Shown here: piece after piece, positions 8,436-16,778 of the stretch
Layout: each line of letters starts with the position of its first letter
How positions within the stretch are numbered: position 1 is the stretch's first letter
NCBI GenBank assembly: GCA_964012805.1
Contig: CAXGUD010000005.1
Span: forward strand, 32,001 to 96,000
Reading direction: 5' to 3'
DNA: 64,000 nucleotides
DNA from: an uncultured Bacteriovoracaceae bacterium
GTDB taxonomy: Bacteria > Bdellovibrionota > Bacteriovoracia > Bacteriovoracales > Bacteriovoracaceae
Notes under the pieces: generated by a model
Told to the model about the DNA's origin: nothing
Database searches by the model: none
The model's input: only the letters and a program-made list of their open reading frames with translations
Program-made: the position numbers and the translations under genes

Positions 8436-11345
8436 TTGTATAAAATAATTTTGAAAAATAAATCTTTTTTTGATTCTTTTAATGATTTTGAAAAAATCGT
8501 TAATAAAAATGATCAAATAGATTATCATTTTTTTGAACCATCAATTGATCAACTCATCAACCTCGAATTAGAAAATGAGTTATTCACTCCTGAATTCAGT
8601 CCTCAACGTGTTCAGATATTTTTATTTTTCGATTTAGATTTTCCTATACATAAATGGAAAGAAAAAATTATAAACTTAAAAGAAAAAATTAGAAGAATAA
8701 ATGTCTGTTTTCTTTCAAAAGGAGACGATGAAAAGGAGTGGATGATCCAAAAAGAACCATTTTGTGATCTTTATATCCATAAAAATCTAAGCCATAATGA
8801 AATATCTTTTAAAATAAATGAATTCCTCAATACAGAAAAAGAAGAAAAGTTAAGATCAACCCTAAGCTATTTAGGAAAGGCTCATATAACTTTTAATAAA
8901 GAAGGAAAGATTTTAGATTACTCTCAACAATTCATACTAGATTTCTTTGATATAAACCCAAGGGGTAAAATGATCCAAGACCTACTTGGATATACAAAAG
9001 AGGCTAAAACCGTTTTTAATAATTGGCTAAAGTTTGTATGGAACAAAAAGATTCCGTATGATGATGCATTAGATTTAATCCCCAAATTTTATTATGGAAA
9101 GAAAAATCAAAAAATAAAACTAAATTTCGTTCCTATATATGATAAAGTTCATGAGATAGAAGCAGTCATGTGTATTGCAAGTGATGCTACAAAAGAAAAG
9201 AATTTGGAAATGATTGCATCAAAAGGCCAAGAATTCTCTAATATGACAGTAGAAATCTTTAATCGGCCTTCAGAGTTTATAGAATTAATTCAAGACTGCA
9301 GGCATAATTTTGATCTCAAAAGAAATTATGGTCATGTTGATATGCATTTTTTTTATGAAATCATAAAAAAAATAAGAAAAAAATTCGATGATTTCCAATG
9401 CCCTTCTTTAGCAATACCATTAGAAAAATTAGAGTATGCTTGTGAGTTTTACAAAGACGAAATTTTTGAATATGAAGAAATTCCTTTTGATTTAAAAAAA
9501 GAGATTGAGAATAGTGAAGTTTCACTTAATGATTTTTTAAAAAATTATGAAATCATAGAAAATCAGTTAAAAACGATGAATACGTTAGAAAAAAATAGTA
9601 TCGAATTAAGAGAACTTAATGAAAAATTAAAATCGTATTCAAAAGATCTTGAAAAGGAAGTCAATCAAAAAACAAAAGATTTAAGACATGCTCTTAATGA
9701 AATTTCAAAAAGGGTTAAAGATAAAGAGAAGCAAGTTCAGATACAGCAAGAATTTATGGCAGGTTTGGGACATGAATTTAGAACGCCAATGAATGCCATC
9801 ATTGGTTTTTTAAACTTAATAAAAGAAACGTTAAAAGAAAAAGAGGTTTCCATAGACAATGAAATCTTCAGTTTCTTTGACTCTATTGAAAAAGCCTCAA
9901 ATGGATTACTTAATCTAGTAAATAACATAATGGAATATTCTCAAGTCGATGGAGGAAAATTAAAATTAGAGTATAAAATTTTCAAAATAAATAATTTGAT
10001 GGAAGAGATAAAAGATTTTTTTACATATGAAATAAAAAGAAAGGGTTTAATTTTAATTTTAAAATTACCAAAAAATTTAAATAAATATTGTCTTTTTGAT
10101 AAAGAAAGACTCAGACAAATTTTAATAAATTTAGTTGGAAACGCTATTAAATTTACCAAAAAAGGTGAAATAGAAATTGAACTCCAGGAAAAGTTAAAAT
10201 CGAACAAAAAAAAGGGTTTATCAAATATAGTTTACCAAGACAAAGATTTTGGTTTCAGCTGTGAAAAAGAAATTAAAATTTCAATAAAAGATACTGGGAT
10301 AGGAATACCAAAAAATCAAATCGGTAGAATATTTTTACCCTTTGAACAAGTTGAAGGCCAGTCATTTGAAACATATGGTGGAACTGGACTAGGCTTATCA
10401 ATTACAAAAGGACTCGTAGAAGCCTTAAATGGTAAAATATCGGTGAAAAGAAATTTATCAAAAGGAAGTACATTTGAAATAGTTTTTAATAAAGTCGAAG
10501 AGTATGAACCAACTAACCAAGAAGATTTTACAGATGCATCAAGTAAAGACATTACAACAAGTGATATATTTATAAAAAGATCTAATATTGGTTTTTTAAT
10601 CGATTCCGAATGGGACCGAACGCTTTTAAAGAAGTACTTACAGGAATTTAATTTAAATTTAATTTTCTTTAATAATGAAAAAAATATAATTAAAAATATT
10701 AAAAAAAATAATATTAATCTACTTATCGCAGATTTTATATGTGGAGATAAAACCGCAGTTGATTTATCAAAGGAAATTTCCAGAGACACAATGACAAAAG
10801 AAGTGCCTTTTATTTGCCTATCAACAGGTGAAATGTTTTTAAAAGAAAAGATTAAAAAAAGCAATTATAAAAGAGGTAAGGATCAATTGAAAAGCTTTAG
10901 CTCCATTATCATAAAGCCCTTTTTAAAAAAGGAGCTCATTTATGAAATAATCAAATATATACCTTTTGAAATAAAGGATAACTTACACGAAAAGGATTAT
11001 GATATCTTCAACATAGGGGCCAGCCAGGAATCTAAAAAAATATTATTTAAAAAAAGTTTAAGAGAAGTTAATAACTTAAATGGATTAATAATTGATATTA
11101 AAAAAGAGGTTAACAAAGATTTGAGTAAAATGATGGAGGGTCTATCAACGGTACAGGAAATCGACGATTTCTGCGAGAGAATAAAAAAAATAGCAGACGT
11201 ATATAACTACTTAATTCTAGAAAAATGGGCTAGTGAATTGAAAATTTTAAACAATCAATTTGATATCCATGGGGTTTTAGAAAGAGTTCCTGAAATCAAC
11301 TTAATAGTTTCTATCCTAGAAGATGAAGAGAAAAAAGCTTCATAG
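8436..11345 (+). CDS. Cytoplasmic hybrid sensor histidine kinase (PAS-like, HisKA, HATPase, receiver, degenerate HPt-like regions)
   Basis: GHEFRTPMNAIIG H-box, LINLVGNAIKFT, DTGIG, GGTGLGL, receiver segment LLIAD..KP. Confidence 0.88.
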   Translation: MYKIILKNKSFFDSFNDFEKIVNKNDQIDYHFFEPSIDQLINLELENELFTPEFSPQRVQIFLFFDLDFPIHKWKEKIINLKEKIRRINVCFLSKGDDEKEWMIQKEPFCDLYIHKNLSHNEISFKINEFLNTEKEEKLRSTLSYLGKAHITFNKEGKILDYSQQFILDFFDINPRGKMIQDLLGYTKEAKTVFNNWLKFVWNKKIPYDDALDLIPKFYYGKKNQKIKLNFVPIYDKVHEIEAVMCIASDATKEKNLEMIASKGQEFSNMTVEIFNRPSEFIELIQDCRHNFDLKRNYGHVDMHFFYEIIKKIRKKFDDFQCPSLAIPLEKLEYACEFYKDEIFEYEEIPFDLKKEIENSEVSLNDFLKNYEIIENQLKTMNTLEKNSIELRELNEKLKSYSKDLEKEVNQKTKDLRHALNEISKRVKDKEKQVQIQQEFMAGLGHEFRTPMNAIIGFLNLIKETLKEKEVSIDNEIFSFFDSIEKASNGLLNLVNNIMEYSQVDGGKLKLEYKIFKINNLMEEIKDFFTYEIKRKGLILILKLPKNLNKYCLFDKERLRQILINLVGNAIKFTKKGEIEIELQEKLKSNKKKGLSNIVYQDKDFGFSCEKEIKISIKDTGIGIPKNQIGRIFLPFEQVEGQSFETYGGTGLGLSITKGLVEALNGKISVKRNLSKGSTFEIVFNKVEEYEPTNQEDFTDASSKDITTSDIFIKRSNIGFLIDSEWDRTLLKKYLQEFNLNLIFFNNEKNIIKNIKKNNINLLIADFICGDKTAVDLSKEISRDTMTKEVPFICLSTGEMFLKEKIKKSNYKRGKDQLKSFSSIIIKPFLKKELIYEIIKYIPFEIKDNLHEKDYDIFNIGASQESKKILFKKSLREVNNLNGLIIDIKKEVNKDLSKMMEGLSTVQEIDDFCERIKKIADVYNYLILEKWASELKILNNQFDIHGVLERVPEINLIVSILEDEEKKAS

Positions 11346-11391
11346 GTTTTATTATATATGACCTTTTAATTAATTTTTATAAAGGCTTAGT

Positions 11392-12195
11392 ATGTACGAT
11401 TCAAAACCATTATCAAACAATCGTGTTTTTATATATCACCTGTTGAAAAGAATGCTAAGATTTAATTGCCCCATGTCTGGTACTTTTCATTTCGATGTAA
11501 CAGATCTATACAATAAAATCAATGATCTTAAAAAAGAAGGATATTCAATTGGTTTAGTATCCTGCTTAGTTAAAGCAACAAGCTTATCTATAGAAAAATT
11601 TCCACGCATGAACAATAGGATATTCCATACATTGCTAGGAAAAAAAGAAGTTAGTTATGACTCCATAAATTGCGGTTTAGCCGCGACTAGAATTGACCCT
11701 CTAGGAGAGGAAGTAATTATTCCTATAATACTAAGAGGATCTAACAAATTATCGATTCAAGAAATTCACAATCAAATTAAAGAAAACAAAACATTACCTG
11801 TCGAAAAGCTTGAATCATATGAGTGGCTTCAAAAATCGAGAAGGCTACCTCGTTTTTTGATTCCGTTTGTCCATTATCTTTTTAGATCGAACCCCAAATT
11901 TTCTGCTAAAAACTCAAGTACTTATGCAATCTCATCAATTATGGAAAAAGACTCATCTCTAGTGAGCTCTCATTCGCCTGCAAATCAAACGACCTTTTTC
12001 CCTATAAGTTTAAAGGATCAGGCAATGGTACACAATGGTGAAGTGAAACCTAGAAAAGTTTTGGCAGTAACATTTTGCGTAGATCACTTTTTAGTTGATG
12101 GAATGGATGTTCAAAGATGCGGTAATTATTTAAAAAACTTTTTGGAAAACCCAAAAAATCTACTCAAAGAGTTTAATTTAGAAAAAACAAGTTAA
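11392..12195 (+). CDS. Stand-alone 2-oxoacid dehydrogenase E2-type acyltransferase catalytic domain
   Basis: C-terminal VDHFLVDG (DHRxxDG-like) motif; no lipoyl domain. Confidence 0.72.
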   Translation: MYDSKPLSNNRVFIYHLLKRMLRFNCPMSGTFHFDVTDLYNKINDLKKEGYSIGLVSCLVKATSLSIEKFPRMNNRIFHTLLGKKEVSYDSINCGLAATRIDPLGEEVIIPIILRGSNKLSIQEIHNQIKENKTLPVEKLESYEWLQKSRRLPRFLIPFVHYLFRSNPKFSAKNSSTYAISSIMEKDSSLVSSHSPANQTTFFPISLKDQAMVHNGEVKPRKVLAVTFCVDHFLVDGMDVQRCGNYLKNFLENPKNLLKEFNLEKTS

Positions 12196-12202
12196 GGTAT
12201 CT

Positions 12203-13558
12203 ATGAAAAATAATCATTACCCACCTGGGCCTAAGGGTCAATTTTTACTAGGATCAATAAAGGATTATAAAAAAGATGTTTTAAGTTTTTTTTTAAAAAT
12301 TACAGAAAAGTATGGCGACCTAGTTTCTTTTAATCTAGGTCCAAGAAAAGCTTTTTTAACCAAAGACCCTTATCTGGCAGAGCATATTTTAAAAACAAAA
12401 AGTAAAATTTATTCGAAAGATACCCCTGGTGTACAAAGGGTTAAAGAAGTTCTTCCTACGGGACTTCTGACTACATGGGATGAGGAATGGAGACGGCAAA
12501 GAAGAATTTCACAGCAAGCGTTCAGAAAAAACAAGATTGAATTTTTTGTAAGTCACTTTTTAAAATCAGCTGAATCAACAAAGTCTATTTTTGAAAATAA
12601 TTTGAAAAATAAAAATGAAATAAATATCACTTTTTCAATGATGAGGAATACTCTTCAATCAGCATTATCAACAATGTTTACAGATGGTGCGCAAGAGAAT
12701 TCAGAGGAAATCATTCGTGATTTTGGTATTTTAAATGAATTAACAAATTTAAAGATACCGCGTGCTTTTAATTTTCCTTTATGGTTTCCAACACCTGAAA
12801 ACATAAAATTAAACAAGGCGAACAAAAACCTTCATTTTATTCTAAATCAATTAATAAAAAAAAGACGAAACACAGAAAAAAATTACCCTGACCTCCTCAA
12901 CTTTTTAATGAATGCAATTGATGAAGATAGCGGAAAAGGATTTACCGACGAAGAATTAAGATATCAACTTTTAACAATTCTTATTGGTGGGGTAGATACC
13001 AGTGCAAATACACTTTCTTTTGCTTGGTTTCTAGCTGCATCTAATAGAGATATTCAAGAAAAGCTAAAGATTGAAGCACAAAAAGCTTTTAAAAAAGGTT
13101 TAAAAGATATCGAAATATTATCTCACTTGCCATATACCTCTATGTTCATCAATGAAGTTGTTAGACTCTACCCACCTGTTCCTATATTTGGGAGAACAGC
13201 ACTCAAAGAAGACTCCTGGGGTAAATATAAAATACCAAAAGGGATGCTAGTTATTACCAGTCCCTATGTTATTCATAGAAACCCAACATATTGGAACGAG
13301 CCAAATAAGTTTGATCCTGAAAGACACACAAAAGAAAAAATGAGGCAAATGCCTCCATTTTGCTTTTTCCCTTATGGTGGTGGTCCAAGAATTTGTATTG
13401 GTATGGGATACGCTAAGATACAGCTTCCTTTGACGATAGCAAGCTTAGTAAAGGACTTTGAATTTATAATAAATGATGGTGAGAAACTAGAATTAAAACC
13501 GTCAATTACGCTTAGTACAAAGAAACCAATCCTACTAAAAATAAGAAAAAGAAAATAA
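12203..13558 (+). CDS. Cytochrome P450
   Basis: PPGP N-terminus, GGVDTS I-helix, EVVR, PERH, FPYGGGPRICIG heme motif. Confidence 0.95.
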   Translation: MKNNHYPPGPKGQFLLGSIKDYKKDVLSFFLKITEKYGDLVSFNLGPRKAFLTKDPYLAEHILKTKSKIYSKDTPGVQRVKEVLPTGLLTTWDEEWRRQRRISQQAFRKNKIEFFVSHFLKSAESTKSIFENNLKNKNEINITFSMMRNTLQSALSTMFTDGAQENSEEIIRDFGILNELTNLKIPRAFNFPLWFPTPENIKLNKANKNLHFILNQLIKKRRNTEKNYPDLLNFLMNAIDEDSGKGFTDEELRYQLLTILIGGVDTSANTLSFAWFLAASNRDIQEKLKIEAQKAFKKGLKDIEILSHLPYTSMFINEVVRLYPPVPIFGRTALKEDSWGKYKIPKGMLVITSPYVIHRNPTYWNEPNKFDPERHTKEKMRQMPPFCFFPYGGGPRICIGMGYAKIQLPLTIASLVKDFEFIINDGEKLELKPSITLSTKKPILLKIRKRK

Positions 13559-13567
13559 ATTCCTTTC

Positions 13568-14737
13568 CTAAATAGTCTTATGAAACACTTTATTTCCGTA
13601 TTTTTTTAGAAAATTGGATCTTAAAGTTAATCCAAAGTTTTTATGGCCTTCAAAAGTTTCGGCCTTACCTCCTCGCCTAAACCGAATTTTTTCCTTAGAA
13701 ATATCCTTTTTTAGAAGAAGTGTTCCTGCTGACCCTTCTAATGCTATGGGGTTTATACAGTAACCTAAAAATCGTCCTACCATTGATAAGATAGCTGTTT
13801 CTCCTACCTGGGCACCTAACTGGTATCCTATATTGTTTTTTTTTGCTAAATCCGCGATTTGCAAAGAATTATAAATACCTCCGTTTTTTGAAATCCTTAT
13901 ATTAAAAAGGTCGAAATATTTATTTTCGATAATTAAATTTGCGTCTTTTAAATTACATAATGATTCATCAGCCATTAAGGGAATTTCCCTTTGCTTGAAA
14001 TCAGAAACAATTTCATTATGTTTTTCTTTTTGAAAAGGCTGTTCTATCCATTTAACTTTATATTTTTTAAAAAAAGGAAGGTTATACTTAAATGATTTGT
14101 AATCATAAATACTATTACCATCAATTCTAATTTCAATATCGTTACCTAATATATTTCGTATCATATTTAATCTTTCATCATCATCCTTCCCATTGGTTTT
14201 TACTTTTACTTGGTTAAAGTTCGAAAATTTAACTAACAATAAGACTATTTTAAGATATTTAAGTGGAATAAAAGGTAGTATGCAACTATAACTAATCGAT
14301 TTATTAAATGGTAATATGTCTGACAAACATTTTTCTTTCTCTTGTAAAAAAAGGTCCAGAAGAGATAATTCAGAAGCGCATCTTATACTATGAAAAGTTT
14401 GTTTTTGATTTGGACTAAAATCAATGTTATTTAAATAAGCCTCATTAATTTGATTGAGAAAGCGTTCCTCTGATATAGATTCGACCTCATTTAAAATATC
14501 TTTTCTCTGAGTAATATGAGGAAAAACATTGTCTTTAAAAAAGTCTGTGGAAGACTCTAAAGTTTCGCCTGTTACATATACTCTGGGTAGACCTTCACCG
14601 ACACCAATTTTTCCATCATCAGTTTTCAATACCAGAAGAAAGGAGTCAGATGTTTTTCTTTTAGCTGCGCCATGACCAAAACTGAAATTGAAAGGAATTT
14701 CCATTTGATAAAGAGATATTTCATTTATTATAGACAT
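13568..14737 (-). CDS. Enolase-superfamily (MLE/dipeptide epimerase subgroup) enzyme
   Basis: GVGEGLPR.YVTGE, KVK, metal ligands in RIDGN / IEQP / ADES, NIRISKNGG, GAQVGE. Confidence 0.85.
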   Translation of the reverse strand: MSIINEISLYQMEIPFNFSFGHGAAKRKTSDSFLLVLKTDDGKIGVGEGLPRVYVTGETLESSTDFFKDNVFPHITQRKDILNEVESISEERFLNQINEAYLNNIDFSPNQKQTFHSIRCASELSLLDLFLQEKEKCLSDILPFNKSISYSCILPFIPLKYLKIVLLLVKFSNFNQVKVKTNGKDDDERLNMIRNILGNDIEIRIDGNSIYDYKSFKYNLPFFKKYKVKWIEQPFQKEKHNEIVSDFKQREIPLMADESLCNLKDANLIIENKYFDLFNIRISKNGGIYNSLQIADLAKKNNIGYQLGAQVGETAILSMVGRFLGYCINPIALEGSAGTLLLKKDISKEKIRFRRGGKAETFEGHKNFGLTLRSNFLKKYGNKVFHKTI

Positions 14738-14790
14738 ATAATTATTATCGTAGAGTTAGATTAAAAAGAAAAATGAAAAGGAGTGGAACT

Positions 14791-15654
14791 TTGAAAAGTT
14801 CAGACCTTATCCAAATTTTTTTACCATTTTCAGTATGCCTTATAATGTTTGGAATTGGGCTTTCTCTTGATTTTTCTAATTTTAAGAAGGTATTTGAAAG
14901 ACCAAAAGCATTTCTTATTGGACTAATACTACAAAATTTATTTCTCCCAATTTTAGCAACAACGATAGCTTTATCAGGTCTACCGGACTCAAATACTCTG
15001 GCTTTAGGACTTCTTGTTTTAGGATTATGTCCAGGAGGATCAACATCTAATATCTTCACGTACGTATTTAAGGGAGATGTTGCTCTTTCAATATCTCTTA
15101 CTTGTGCTTCAAGTATTTTGTCTCCAATCACTATTCCTTTCTTTTTTAATTTTTTATCAAAAAACTTTTTCAGCAGTGGACAAGATTATGCTTTGGATAT
15201 TACAAGAACATCTTTAATTTTAATCGGATTTACAATTATTCCAGTAATAATAGGTATTTTTGTTAAAAAAGGATTTCGAGATTTTTCAGAAAAGTTAGAA
15301 AAGGCGATGAGTAAAATATCTATTATTTTCCTATCAATTATAATCTTAGGAATTTTCAAACAGAATAGTGATAATATACTTGGATTTATAAAAGCATCAG
15401 GTCCTTCGATATTGACCTTAAACTTTTCGGCAATATTTATAAGTTATCTCATTTCAAAATCCATGAAGATGAAAAATGATAAAATCTTAACAATTGGTCT
15501 AGAGGTGGGAATTCAAAACGGTGCTTTAGCATTATTCATTACAAATAGCCTTTTACAAAGCTGGGAAATGAGCATTGTGCCGGGTTCATATGGTATACTG
15601 ATGTACTTATCAGGTACTGCTTACGGCTTATTTATAAGAAGAAGAGAAAAGTAA
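14791..15654 (+). CDS. Bile acid:Na+ symporter (BASS) family transporter
   Basis: MFGIGLSL, CPGGSTSN, GDVALSI, EVGIQNG; TTG at 14791 follows AGGAG (ORF track starts 14773). Confidence 0.9.
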   Translation: MKSSDLIQIFLPFSVCLIMFGIGLSLDFSNFKKVFERPKAFLIGLILQNLFLPILATTIALSGLPDSNTLALGLLVLGLCPGGSTSNIFTYVFKGDVALSISLTCASSILSPITIPFFFNFLSKNFFSSGQDYALDITRTSLILIGFTIIPVIIGIFVKKGFRDFSEKLEKAMSKISIIFLSIIILGIFKQNSDNILGFIKASGPSILTLNFSAIFISYLISKSMKMKNDKILTIGLEVGIQNGALALFITNSLLQSWEMSIVPGSYGILMYLSGTAYGLFIRRREK

Positions 15655-15655
15655 T

Positions 15656-16774
15656 ATGGAAACAATATATAAAAAAGTAATTATTATAGGTGCCGGTCCA
15701 GCTGGATTGGCAACAAGTAAAGTATTAAATGATTATAAAATTGATCATTTAATTCTGGAAAAAGGTGAGGAAATTGCAACTAGCTGGAGGATATTTTATG
15801 ATAGCCTCACTTTGCATACAGGTAAGCACCTTTCACACTTAACTGGAATGAAATTTAAAAAGGAAGTAGATCTCTTTCCACCTAAAAATCAATTTATTGA
15901 CTATATGGAGGATTATAAAAATCATTTTAAGCTTCCTATACAGACATCATCCGAGGTCAAAAAAATTAAAAGAATTGAAGAAGATAACAAATGGAGGCTA
16001 ATTTTAGATAGTAAAATATTTGAATGTGACTGTTTAGTTTTAGGAGTAGGTCTTGCGAGTTTCCCTTTTATTCCTATCATTAAAGGACTAGAAGAATTTA
16101 AAGGTGAAGTAATTCACAGTATAAAATATAAAAATCCTCATTTGTATAAAAATAAAAATGTTTTAATAGTTGGAGCTGGAAATTCAGCCGCTGAAATTTC
16201 ATATGAGCTTTCAGAAGAAGGTATCGATACTACCATATATATTAAAAATGGCGCCAACATAGCTCCCTTATCGGTTCTTGGCCTTCCAATACAATATATA
16301 GGTTATATTATGTCGATTTTTCCAAAAAAATTTCAACTAGCCCTAATCAAAGCAGGAAACTTTTTTATTGACTTTTTAAGTGGTGGTCCTTTTATACCAA
16401 GACCTAGCTATAGTCCTTTGGATCGACCTCCAATTATAGGGAAAAAGTTTTTAAAATCTCTAAAAAAGGGCTCTATTAAATACCAAAGAAAAATAAATGC
16501 CTATAAAGAAAATGGCGTTATACTAGAAAATCAAAAATTTAAAAAAATAGATACAATAATACTCGCCACTGGTTTTAAAGTTAATTTTGATATTTTTGAA
16601 GTAAAAATAGAGACCGATGAGAAAGGTTTTGCTAAAAGGAAGGACAGAGTTGAAGATTTTATTTTTTCTAATCTATTCTATGTAGGTCAAAATTATGACT
16701 CAACTGGAGGACTTGTTAATATTAGAAAAGACTCCCAAATAATTGGTGAAAAAATTAAAAATTTCTTTAAATAA
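15656..16774 (+). CDS. Flavin-containing monooxygenase (class B, YUCCA/FMO-like)
   Basis: GAGPAG, W..YDSL.LHT, FKGEVIHSIKY (FxGxxxHxxxY), GAGNSA, ATGF. Confidence 0.88.
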   Translation: METIYKKVIIIGAGPAGLATSKVLNDYKIDHLILEKGEEIATSWRIFYDSLTLHTGKHLSHLTGMKFKKEVDLFPPKNQFIDYMEDYKNHFKLPIQTSSEVKKIKRIEEDNKWRLILDSKIFECDCLVLGVGLASFPFIPIIKGLEEFKGEVIHSIKYKNPHLYKNKNVLIVGAGNSAAEISYELSEEGIDTTIYIKNGANIAPLSVLGLPIQYIGYIMSIFPKKFQLALIKAGNFFIDFLSGGPFIPRPSYSPLDRPPIIGKKFLKSLKKGSIKYQRKINAYKENGVILENQKFKKIDTIILATGFKVNFDIFEVKIETDEKGFAKRKDRVEDFIFSNLFYVGQNYDSTGGLVNIRKDSQIIGEKIKNFFK

Positions 16775-16778
16775 GCAT

